This document shows positions 1 through 10,295 of a DNA stretch of 20,000 nucleotides, piece by piece. The stretch's first letter is position 1; each line of letters opens with the position of its first letter. The stretch covers positions 55,066-75,065 of the forward strand of contig JYFJ02001619.1 in NCBI GenBank assembly GCA_000934665.2, read 5' to 3'. Origin of the DNA: Catajapyx aquilonaris (lineage: Eukaryota). The notes under the pieces are model-generated. The model was not told the DNA's origin. It saw only the letters and a program-made list of their open reading frames with translations, and did not search any database. A program made the position numbers and the translations under genes.

Positions 1-476
1 TTAATCTCACTTTTCATCATTAGAGCTACTTTAGTTGGACAAAGAGCAGGAGTAGAGGTGTTGAGCGTTTCTTCTTCGGGAAAGTAAAAAATAAAAAAGT
101 CGAGTAATTGAGATGGAGAAGAAAATGTTGTGAGATGTTGTTTTGGTCTTTCAAGTGCCCCATGTTTTCTTCTGATGATTAATCACTTGAGAAACGAGTT
201 CACGGTGTAGTGACATGATGGTGTTAAGTTTCTTTCTTCTCCTGACATTGAAATGACAGGGAAGCACTTCCTCATGGTACCATCACAGTGTAAACAATTT
301 ACCATTTTCACATTGCATACAAAGTCTATTGTACTTAATGTCGTTAGCGTTAAACTAACGGTAACGAGACCCTTCATAGAGTATCTCCTGTACCGAGGAC
401 TAAGGTAGATACACGTTAATTTTATAACCTATACTTGGCCATGGACACTCATCAACAACAACTACTTATCACATGG

Positions 477-783
477 CAACCGAAGCAGTGGTAGCGGAGG
501 AGATATGGTATCCGACTGCTAATCGGGAGGTCCTGGGTTCGAATCCCGGGGGCCGCCGACCCTGACCGTGGTTTTCTGTGGTTTCCCATGGTCTCACCAG
601 GAAAATTACGGGGTCGTGTCCGTAATTATAGGCCACAGCCGCTTCCTTCCGTCCCTATCCCCTCCCCATATAAGAGAAGTAAAAACGAAAGTAAGAGTTC
701 CAGATTTTTTTAAAAATTGTGGTATCCCACCCCCCTAAGAGGGCTTATGGCTCTAGCACGGGGTACAAATTATTAATTATTAT
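477..783 (+). mobile_element. tRNA-derived SINE, family 1, copy a
   Basis: tRNA-like head with anticodon arm CCGA-CTGCTAA-TCGG and B box GGTTCGAATCC (536-546). Central domain GGTTTTCTGTGGTTTCCC...GGCCACAGCCGCTTCCTTCC, structured tail 730-765 and AT-rich end. Perfect 14 bp TSD TACTTATCACATGG (463-476 / 784-797). Homologous to 12822-13096. Confidence 0.93.
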
Positions 784-1507
784 TACTTATCACATGGATA
801 TAGAAAAAGTAAAAATATAATCCATACAAGACCATAAGTCTAATGTTGGTTCACCTTGCATGAAGCAATATTGAAGGCTTGACCAGTACACAAGCGTTAT
901 CACAGCAATAGCAAGGACGATGAAAGGGTTAATACAAACTTCATTTTCGGTTGTGATGGTGCATCGATGTGTCCGACATCATAATTAAATTCCACTAATA
1001 ACCGATTGTTGGTGACTGAAAATAACCGAATCAAATTTGTGCGCCGTATGATAGGAATTCACTCTTTCATCAAGTGAATCCCACAATTGAGTAATTACAT
1101 GTGGTTAGTACACAACAGCGACTACATATATGTCCGTGAAACCCTGCTTCTGTCAGACTGGACATATGCATAAAACCGGTCCCATTTTTCATCCACCATT
1201 TGAAAAGCGCTCCCTTTTTTTGTATATAACTACTCAACACCCCGTAGGTTTTTCAGTTTTAAAAAAGTGGTTGTGTTGGTTCATCACTGCATCGTTATCC
1301 CTCAAAAGTCACCTAATGAGGACGCAATGGAAAGAAAGTCACGCAGTCTCATTTGTAAGTTAATCTGGATCTTGAATGGCAATGAAATAGAGGGAGACTG
1401 CTCCCATGGCATCTGGGGATTTTCTAAGAAGGAAGAGAGTGTTTTCTCTCTCCTAGCCTTCTTTTTTTTTATTTTTACGGACCAAAACCAGACTCTTCGT
1501 CGTTCTA

Positions 1508-1565
1508 GAAAAGGGGAGAGAGAAGGAGAGAGAGAGGGAGAGGGAAAGGGAGGGAAAGAGGGAAC
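1508..1565 (+). repeat. Polypurine (G/A) low-complexity tract
   Basis: Uninterrupted run of G and A. Confidence 0.9.
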
Positions 1566-1941
1566 TCATTACAGGGAGGGGTTGGGGACGAATCCTCCTA
1601 AAGGAAATTAAAGTGGCGGTTGATTAGGCTGTGCCAGATTGATAAAGACGCTGTATGAGGTGTTTTTAATGAGAGTGTGGCGAAGAATATCGCCTCGTTA
1701 CGGCGTCAAGTGACTGATTACCTTTTCGACGCCCCGCCAAGTCTTGCTTTTCGCCTCGAGCTTTCCGAACAAGAATAAAGAAATTGAGGTCTTCACAATG
1801 CATGAACTATATTTCCGGGATAACTCACATCAAAGACTTGTGTATGTCTGACAAAGTCAGAGTGTAATCACTCTTACAATTTGGCTCCACCTTTTTGACT
1901 ATGAATGTAGTGCTGACTAAAGATTGTGTGGTGTTTAAACT

Positions 1942-2155
1942 GGAAGGACTTTCGTAATAGGAGACCGAATGTGGCAGGGGTAGGGGCACGCTGTACCAAC
2001 CTACCCTCATGACCTCACCTTCCTTTCCAGCGGATACACGCATATCCTTAGCCGGACATACGCCTTTCCTTCACGGATTCAATCCTATCCTTCAGCAGAT
2101 ACACGCCTAGTAAAGTATGTAAAATTGCTGGGTCTCCTATTATGAAAGCATAGTC
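1942..2155. mobile_element. MITE, Merlin-like (inferred), copy a
   Basis: Inverted repeats CTTTCGTAATAGGAGACC (from 1949) and GGTCTCCTATTATGAAAG (to 2148), each 7 nt inside the ends. 5' GG terminus. 9 bp TSD with one mismatch, GTTT(A/G)AACT (1933-1941 / 2156-2164). Internal short repeats like TCCTTCAGCAGATACACGCCT. Homologous to 15641-15801. Confidence 0.8.
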
Positions 2156-3374
2156 GTTTGAACTTTAGCCAGTAACGAAATAGTCAGCCGACTGTAGTTA
2201 GTTTTTAAATAATTCACAAGTGAGGATCGAACTCGAAATACCCTGGTCCAGATATTGGTCCAGAGCGAACGTTGGGAAATGTTTAATAATTCAACAATGA
2301 AATAAATTATTCTGTTTGAGGACTGCGGTATTGCAACGTTACTATACTATCAATTTATAATGAAATTGCAATTAATTTTATGAGATAAAAGTATTATTGT
2401 AAAAAATGCGGCAGGGGGTATTGATCAGAGTTTATTGCTGGTCGTAATATTTTTAATGGATAAGGGTACCGTGTATAGGCCCACTGTTCCACCCCTATAC
2501 TGTTTCTCTCTAAAAAAGAGTCCATAGGAATTCGGCATTGATCGCATCATGAGAGAACATAAGGTTGATTGGAGACGGGAAACAGAGTGTTGACTTCATT
2601 ATCGCATAGTGCTACCAACTTGTATAGTGCCCCGTTAAAATTTTATGGATCATCTGGCGCATCCAAACTGCCAGGGTTCTATAATGTCAAGAATGCTAGA
2701 GGAATTTAGCGTTATGTACCGACTTAATTGGGATTTCATGACAAAAAGCTGTCCCACTCTTTTTATGTGTTCACTCATTCCATTCCATGCACTGTATATG
2801 AAGTTCAATGATATAACTCGCAACAATATTTTAATATGCACACATACAGTATTACACTCGTGTGACCAGCATGGATTAGTGGGCCGTTGTAATATGGATT
2901 ATATCACATTTGAAATGGTTATAATTAGCACCTTCATGAGTGTGCACCTACCAAGTCAAATTCTCGGATAATTATTGTGACTTAGTTGGCCACCAATCCA
3001 ACCCACTTCTGGAAAGCGCCCGCACTCATGCCATGAGGGAACATGGAGGCCAGCACGTCTGGTGAAGATTTTTTTCACGTTCCAAGCGAGTCACAGACTG
3101 CTGACGAGTGACGAGCTGCGATTCGGCCTTCTGAGACAGCGCTTAGAAGGAAGGAAGAAACGCCTTAGTAAGTTGGCCATTTATCACTATCACCAGAACC
3201 ACGTAAATCAATATGTCTGACAGGCCAGGGCTTCTGCCGCATACTGCACGTAGGACAAATTTTAGCATAGTAAGAACAAAGTCATTCGCAAAGATTTTGT
3301 GTCGTTATTTTTAATTTAATTCAGCTATGTGGGATTTGGAATGTTCATTTTGTCGAAATTCGCCTTAGACATAA

Positions 3375-4272
3375 CTAGTGGCACACCCACGCTACTCTCG
3401 GCACAGTCACGCTAGATTTCGGGCTGGAATAAATGAAAGGCTGAAGTGATGAAGGGTTGAGTCATAAAAGGGTTGAGGCATGAAAGTATAGTTTTGCATG
3501 TGAAAGTGTGGTACGCGACATGCTGAATAAGATCAGAAAGGATGCAAATTCCAGACGAAGGATCCGTAGTGGACATAATTAACATGAGACATGATTCATT
3601 TATTTCCCAGTTGTCACCTTTATGACACATATAGCCTGTTAGAGTGAGAGCCTTGAAATATCCGTGTTGAGGAGTGTAGGTTGCGAACACATCCACTCAC
3701 GGAGTACCTCCCAATGATGGTGTGGAAATGGCGAAGTGACTCGCTAACTATGCCATGGAGGTTGCGAACACACCTACTACTCAAGTGACTACCTCCCGAT
3801 CACGATCTAAGAATACTCAGGTCTGGTCACTCACACCCACCCCCTGCCGGGTAGTTTTGCAGAAGGTGCTCACTTGAGAGCGCCATGAGACATTTCGGAG
3901 CCCAGGTAAGTGTCGACCCTACCGGACTAGGCTGAACTTTATAGGTACAAAAGGGAAGCGCTACATGGGCGCCGGCGGCCATGTTGGGCCCACATGTAGC
4001 GCTTCCCTTTTGTACCTATAAAGTTCAGCCTAGTCCGGTAGGGTCGCCACATAATTGCTCTGGGAAATGTCTCATGGCGCTCTCAGGTGAGCACCCGCTG
4101 CAAAACACCCCATCAGGTAATAAGCCCAGAAGGTAGGAGTAGTGTCCGTGAGCTGCTCCCGATGATGGTCTGGAAATGACGAAGTCACCCCCTAACGATG
4201 GCGTGGAGGTTGCGAAACACCCACTTGCGAACACACCCACTCACACATACCTGTCTCGCTTTATAATGGAGA
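3375..4272 (-). mobile_element. Non-autonomous Helitron-like element with ~80 bp internal repeats and a long palindrome
   Basis: On the minus strand it starts A|TCTCCATTATAAAGCGAGACAGG and ends ...GGGTGTGCCACTAG|T (5' TC, 3' CTAG, AT target, no TSD). Internal direct repeats at 3708-3775 and 4156-4222, with GGTTGCGAA(C)AC recurring. The subterminal hairpin is degenerate, so the boundaries are inferred. Confidence 0.6.
3843..4117. repeat. Long inverted repeat with perfect 54 bp inner arms
   Basis: 3914-3967 is the exact reverse complement of 3993-4046, with a 25 nt spacer. Imperfect pairing continues out to about 3843/4117. Confidence 0.97.
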
Positions 4273-4346
4273 TATTATACTAGCATGATTTCAAAATGTC
4301 AGTAAGTTTATGAAAATGTGTGAATGGTTGACAGAGTTTCCAAGCA

Positions 4347-4579
4347 TAGGGTGTTCTAGGTTCGTTTTTAGTCATCATTATTATTGCTCGACGTAGTTAT
4401 TTTTTGTAGCTTGTTGTGCCCCTATAACCAGGTGCCCCATTCTATAGAAACTGCTACGAGTATATTCGACCCCCTAGGAGTAACGGGGAAACCTGGATCG
4501 GGGCACAACTAGCTACACAAAAATAACTACTATCGGGATATCAGTGATAAAAAACGACCCACGAATTTGGAACACCCTG
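4347..4579. mobile_element. Tc1/mariner-type MITE, family A, copy 1
   Basis: TAGGGTGTTC ... TTGGAACACCCTG|TA with long imperfect inverted arms (TTTTTTGTAGCTTGTTGTGCCCC / GGGGCACAACTAGCTACA). Four further copies in the window. Confidence 0.88.
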
Positions 4580-5562
4580 TATATATAGCTCAAGCTAGTT
4601 ACAGTGTACATCACATAGCACCTGGCTTACTTATCGTAGGAAGCAAATGAAGAGATGATGGGGCATGAAAGGGAGAGAGGAGGGTGAGCAGCGAGGGAAG
4701 GAGAATATTTCCAGGCTGCACAAAGAGGATTTGAATGAGACATCGTCGTGGAAACTACTTGAGAGCTTAATTAATATCGCTTTGTGCATTGGAAATTAAG
4801 GGATGTAATTAGTGCATGGTTTATGGCGCCAGCACAGTAGTTGGGGTAATTACCACAGTAAGCTTACCTAATCTGTCAAGTGTAGTCGCCAACCAGATTA
4901 CACCTCATAAACATGCATTCTAGGTAAAAAATTACCTAGCGCAGTAATAGACAGTAAATCTGAAGTTTTTCTATGACACAACCTGTATGATCACACCTCA
5001 CCAAAACCTTTTGTGAAAAGTGATCCCCCATTATGTTCAATATTTTTTTTTGTTCGATTTTTATATCCGACGACAGGTCCCATCGTTTCTCCTAACGCAG
5101 CACATTTTGGGGATCTGTCAACCCGATATGGGCTTCAGTGCTCGCAAGTGCAATATTGATCCTGAGTGATCCTCGGCCATAGGCTCTCATCGGCAGTGCA
5201 ATCGCGGTATGATTCCAATTATCCCTCGAGAGCGATGCACTGTAAGCCACACAACAATTCGAACGCTCTCCAGCATGCCAAACCAAAAACACGCATTTTC
5301 ATGGGAAGTTAGACCTAACGAAAAAACTGCATGCCACATACAGTGTATTATACCCGAGCCAGGTAATGAATACTTCCAACTCTCTGATACCTGCACGTTT
5401 AACTGTTATATTAGGCTCGTATCTGTTATTTCTGTAACAGTTTAAGAGATTCTTGTAAATAACATTTTCAGAGTGATTTTCAAGTGAGTATACTTGCAGG
5501 TGAGGCGACATTGCGAGTCAAGTGTCCACAAGATTTTCATCGATATGGACACGATACGGGGA

Positions 5563-5689
5563 ATGGGGGTCGAATATAGCAGGTGCTATGAAATGGGGCA
5601 ACTGAATATGGGCACAACAAGCTACAAAAATAACTGCTATGGGGCGATAGCAGTTATCCAAAAGTGACCCGGATACTTGGAACACCCTG
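5563..5689. mobile_element. Tc1/mariner-type MITE, family A, copy 2 (one arm only)
   Basis: GGGGGTCGAATATAGC...GGGCACAACAAGCTACAAAAATAACT...TTGGAACACCCTG|TA. The left arm is missing and the left boundary is approximate. Confidence 0.82.
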
Positions 5690-7070
5690 TATATGCTGTG
5701 CTAACCGTGAAACATACACCGCGAGAAGTTAATGCGCAATGACTAATAAATATCAATAATTGAATGATTTTTGCCAATCAATCAAAGGTTTCGCTACATC
5801 TCCGCCACAACTCCAAATGAATCAAGCAAACCAGCGACTTGTCCACAAAATGACGCTGTTTATAATAACACAAATGAGACTATCTGTTGGTACAAAATCA
5901 ATAAAAAATTCAAACCCCTTGATTATGCAGGCCCGTAACAGATTCCGCGATAAATAAAGCGGGAAAAATTGACTCCCGTTTCAGTTTTGCTTACATTATG
6001 CGCTTAAACATTTCAGGCCGAACTACTGTTGAAGGATAGACAGGAAACACAGACCATGACTTTCAGACCAGAACATATATAACGCAAACTGACAACATTT
6101 CACCTACCTGAAGTAAGCAGCCATAAGCCATCAACATCACTCCTCTCCTCAGAGCAGAATCGGACTCAACTTATGCTGATATGTCGCACCTGATTATTTG
6201 GATATCCACCGCAGTACTGACAAAATGCCCTTGATTTTTTTTCTCTCTCCAAATAGCGGGATGTGGACAACCCTACTTGACTGATGCATTTGAGGCACTC
6301 TCAGGGACAACCGAGGTGATGACGATGGTGATAACCTCAATATCCTGATGACACGATAGATTTGACAGTTTTTCAGTGGATAGTATCTGTTACCGGCTGG
6401 AAGTTGTCACATGAGGTCATGTCGGGTTTAACGAGGAAAGTGGTGTAGCAAGTTAATTGTACTTCATGATTAACTGACATTTTTATGTATTGAAGTTGGC
6501 AAGTATTTGACGAGTAATATGTTTAATACTATTGAACGACTCTGAGAGGAATGCTTCAATTAAAAGCATACTGTATATGGTAAACCATACACTGATGGCC
6601 CACTGCGCCTTGGTTCTTTAAATATATCGTGTAAATGCCCGAATACGAAGAAGTGATCATGTTGTGACACCTGTGGTCCTTGGCTTGAGCTAGGTCGAAA
6701 ATCAGTCCACAACAGGCAATGCAAGAGCAGGAATGTCATCTGACACTGAGACCTACTGGTCATGTTGGAATGCAGTTGATAAATGTTAACTTTTTAGCTA
6801 GTATATTTTGAGCATAACATACACACAATCAGACACATTTGAGTGAATTTGATGCATTGTGAACGGGGACAACCTCAGTTATTAGAAAAATATTTTAGAA
6901 CATCTACGTGGAAAGAAAAGGTGAGGATATTCATGTATTACTGAGACCAATCCCCTAAACTGTATTATATGGTGTACGTAGTCAGCAGCACTTTTATGTA
7001 TAGCATTAACATACTGTCAAAAATATCCGTGAACATGCCGTCATACTTTATTACATGATTATTGCATGTA

Positions 7071-7283
7071 CAGGGTCGTGGGTCGTTTTTATAACTGATA
7101 TCGCCCGATAGTAATTATTTTTCTGCAGCTTGTGCCCCGATCCATGTTCCCCATTATAGGGGGTCGAATATAGCAGTTGCCAGAGAATGTGGCACCTGGT
7201 TAGGGGCATAACAAGCCTCAAAAAACAACTACTATCGGGTGATATTAGTTATAAAAAACGACCCGCAAATTTGGTACACCCTG
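7071..7283. mobile_element. Tc1/mariner-type MITE, family A, copy 3
   Basis: TA|CAGGGT(~10 nt deletion)CGTGGGTCGTTTTT ... AAAAAACGACCCGCAAATTTGGTACACCCTG|TA. Confidence 0.9.
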
Positions 7284-7369
7284 TATAATAATGTTAACAT
7301 AACATATTTTATAACATGCATTACATAGTATAATACTGTATATACGTAGTACCATATCTTCTTGCGGTC

Positions 7370-7627
7370 AGGGCGACACGGTGGCGGAGTAGTTATCGCC
7401 GCAGCCTTCCACCTCTAAGGTCCCGAGTTAGATCCCCGGATCGGATGGGGGATACTTATGTGGATAGAGTTTCGATGGGTTCTCTCCGTGTTCGCATGGG
7501 TTTTCTCGTGGTGCTCCCGTTTCCTCCTGCAATCAAAATCCATCACAGCAAAGGCAATGAGTTAAGACGGTTAATTAAAAATATTATCCCCTAAAAAGCC
7601 CAAAGAGGCTTATCACGGGGTATTATC

Positions 7628-7702
<75 letters not shown>

Positions 7703-7709
7703 CATCATC
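7370..7709 (+). mobile_element. tRNA-derived SINE with V-domain-like centre (V-SINE-like), family 2
   Basis: Head GGGCGACACGGTGGCGGAGTAGTT (A box) and a degenerate B box GAGTTAGATCC. Centre TTCTCTCCGTGTTCGCATGGGTTTTCTCGTGGTGCTCCCGTTTCCTCC resembles the V-domain as I recall it. Tail 7588-7622, then (ATT)n(ATC)3. Perfect 14 bp TSD ATCTTCTTGCGGTC (7356-7369 / 7710-7723). Confidence 0.9.
7629..7709 (+). repeat. (ATT)n(ATC)3 microsatellite, SINE tail
   Basis: Direct reading. Confidence 0.98.
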
Positions 7710-9484
7710 ATCTTCTTGCGGTCTGTATATACTTCATCTATTAAAGGACAATTTTAAACAGTCTTAGGTAATGCACATGACTTGTTAAGTTTTTTAAAAA
7801 GTTGTTACGATCATAGTATGACAACTCTCAGCGTGCAGGAATTACCACACTTTCCAACAATAAAGAGGTACTTCAACTTTTAAAAATGCAATCTTCTGAT
7901 ACATTAACTTGTTTGAATGCACCATAACATAATAAGTACTCTAGTAGAGACCCACTTCAACTATGATGGGAGTGAGGTTAAGGGTATGCACGATAATTAT
8001 CGGTTAACATGCATCGAGGCATGTCGATTGCCACTCTAAAAGATAGCCTACTCAAATTCCATAATTTTTTGTGCTAACTACTACAATTCCCGGTCCATAT
8101 TACAAAACTTCAAGTATCTAACTCCCATCATGAAAATACCTAAAAAGTTAAACAGTTAGCCTACAGTCTCAGTTCCTCCTGTACCTGTCCTGTACACTAT
8201 TAAATACAGCAGTGGTGTATACTCCTCCAGTAGCAAAGGTATTATTATGAAATAAATCCACGAATAACTTCCTCCACATCAAGCAGATAGAGAGGAAAAG
8301 GGAGCCGGTTTCAAGCTGGCAGCCGAAATGACACAAATTCCTCAAAGCCGCAAATGGGAAGGGGTTAATTCTGATTAGTAGTCAGCCTGCAGGGACCCCC
8401 GCTTATCAGCTAGTAAAGTAATCTGGCGTAAGTGGCTTAACTGGCCGAGTGCCTAAACGTGATTCAAAAGAGTGCAATTAAAAATGGATTTTGATCAATT
8501 AGAAGTAGCGTTGGGGCAAAACGTATCGACTTCGTGGCCTAGGCCTTAATTCCAGAGCCGAGATCACAAGGACCGCGTGTACAGTTATTTGAGTTAGGGA
8601 ATCCACGCCTTGGGCATTCAATAGGGGGGGTTTCGGGAAATTAGACGGGGACGCATCGATGCTTACATGCAATTATATGTAATAATATCATTCGTTGTAT
8701 ACAGACATAGTATAGACCCCCTGCAGGTACTAAAATCCAGTTCGGTGTTAAGTTGGGTTCCTGCTTATATGGCGGACCACTGGTCACTGATAGATCGAGA
8801 TTTGCCTGAAATGCCTGGAGATGATGGTATATAGTACTGGGCAATACTACAACGTCATAATGATTAATTCAAATATTATATTGGTTTAAAATATTTTGTG
8901 CACACGTGTACTCCGTTGTGAAAAAAAAAGGTTCATATAGCCTGGCAGATCGATCCTCTTTGCCATTTATATTGATGGGGATGTTTTCATGTTAGCTATG
9001 TGCAGTTTACCACGAAAGGCGGTGAGATGTTTCTCGTGTTCCAAGGGAACTCTGAACAAGTCAAGCTCTATATGAGCAAGGAATTACCATTTGGCATTGA
9101 GCCTGTTGAAGGATTTTCGAGGCGTTCCAGTCACTCGGTTTGCATGATCGCACCCAAATGCGGAGTCTACCGCTCAAGACTTGCCTGCCTGCCATATGCC
9201 ACCTAAAGAACCTCTCATTCATATAAACTCGGGCAATCTTTGAGTCTTACAAGAGCAATTGCTCGGCCATAATTAGGCCTACGGATCTCGTACCTTAATG
9301 GTGTGTGGTATATCAACGGTGAGTGGTAACAAAACGACGATCCTATTAATAAATTTTGCCGAAAATTAATAATTAGGAATAGACATCATAACGTTTAGCA
9401 AATGAGAGAATAGTTAATTTATTTAATTTATAAAATTATACGATTTCGTTCATGTACTACGCTTTAAAACTTTATATGATTGTA

Positions 9485-9713
9485 TAGGGTGTTCCAAATT
9501 CGTGGGTCACTTTTCAATATTGCCCGAAGTTGTTATTTTTTTGTAGCTTGTTGTGCCCCCAAATCAGTTGTCCTATTCTATAGCAGTTCTGCTATATTCG
9601 ACCACCTGGGAGTAATGGGGCAACTGATTAGGAGCACAACAAGCTACAAAAAATAACTACTTCGGGCCAATAATAGTGATAAGAAAAGTGACCCACGAAC
9701 TTGGAGCACCCTG
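9485..9713. mobile_element. Tc1/mariner-type MITE, family A, copy 4
   Basis: TA|TAGGGTGTTCCAAATTCGTGGGTCACTTTTC ... GAAAAGTGACCCACGAACTTGGAGCACCCTG. Confidence 0.9.
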
Positions 9714-9798
9714 AAATATAGCCTGCTCCACAGCATAACTTCTCAAAAAAGGGATTAGGCGACCTCTCTCCCTCCACTCCACACCAGTCACCCTAAGC

Positions 9799-10295
9799 CA
9801 CGGGTATTCAACTAGTTTATGACAAGGTCCAGTATTTAGACTATTTACCTTTCCTGGGCCATTGAAGGTCCGGACACCCCCCTGGTAGAAATATACCACA
9901 GGTTCATTTTTGACAATAGGCTACAGTAGAAACATGTGCCGCAAGGGCAGAAGGGCATATCAAGAAAGGACATATTAAGACATTTTCGTCCTTTATGATG
10001 TCCTGTGCAGGCGCGTAGGCAGAAAAATTTCGGAGGGGAGCCCATTTCATAAGCACAAGGTGAACAAGCCGTAAAGGGCGGGGAGCAAGCCCGCCGCAGG
10101 CGAAATGGGGGGGGGTGGTTGAAGGTCACACGAGCTTAGGTGAAAGTGGGAGATTTGAATGGGTGTGTATTTGATAAAATTGGTAGAACTTTTTCCAAAA
10201 AATCATGAATGAGTAATTTCTAATGCTATTTCAAATTGTCCTGTATGTCGTCGCGGTCCGGTTCCGGACCGCGGTCCACCAGTTGAATAGCCCTG
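9799..10295. mobile_element. hAT-type (Charlie-like) MITE
   Basis: Imperfect TIRs CACGGGTATTCAACT / AGTTGAATAGCCCTG. Perfect 8 bp TSD CCCTAAGC (9791-9798 / 10296-10303). GC-rich subterminal palindrome CGCGGTCCGG-TT-CCGGACCGCG. Confidence 0.88.

Noticed and set aside
165..215. CTGATGA-TTAA-TCAC-TTGA-GAAAC, a hammerhead-ribozyme-like core
   Set aside because: Stem II is weak and lacks the usual G-C closing pair, and no stem I/III with an NUH cleavage site could be formed on either side.
477..560. Functional tRNA gene (also the heads at 7370, 13096 and 16041)
   Set aside because: No clean acceptor stems, and each is followed by a SINE body and tail and bounded by TSDs.
2222..2235. Isolated B-box-like motif on the minus strand (GAGTTCGATCC)
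   Set aside because: No A box, SINE body, tail or TSD is associated with it.
3679..4245. Spaced direct repeats resembling a CRISPR array
   Set aside because: The 'spacers' are homologous to each other, spacing is irregular, there are no cas genes and the context is eukaryotic. It is a degenerate tandem repeat.
6107..6190. Possible minus-strand exon with CAG|GTAGGT donor
   Set aside because: The acceptor is weak and all three frames contain stops.
10008..10245. CAGGCGCGTAGGCAG..., a possible nested element inside the hAT MITE
   Set aside because: No matching opposite TIR or clean TSD was found.
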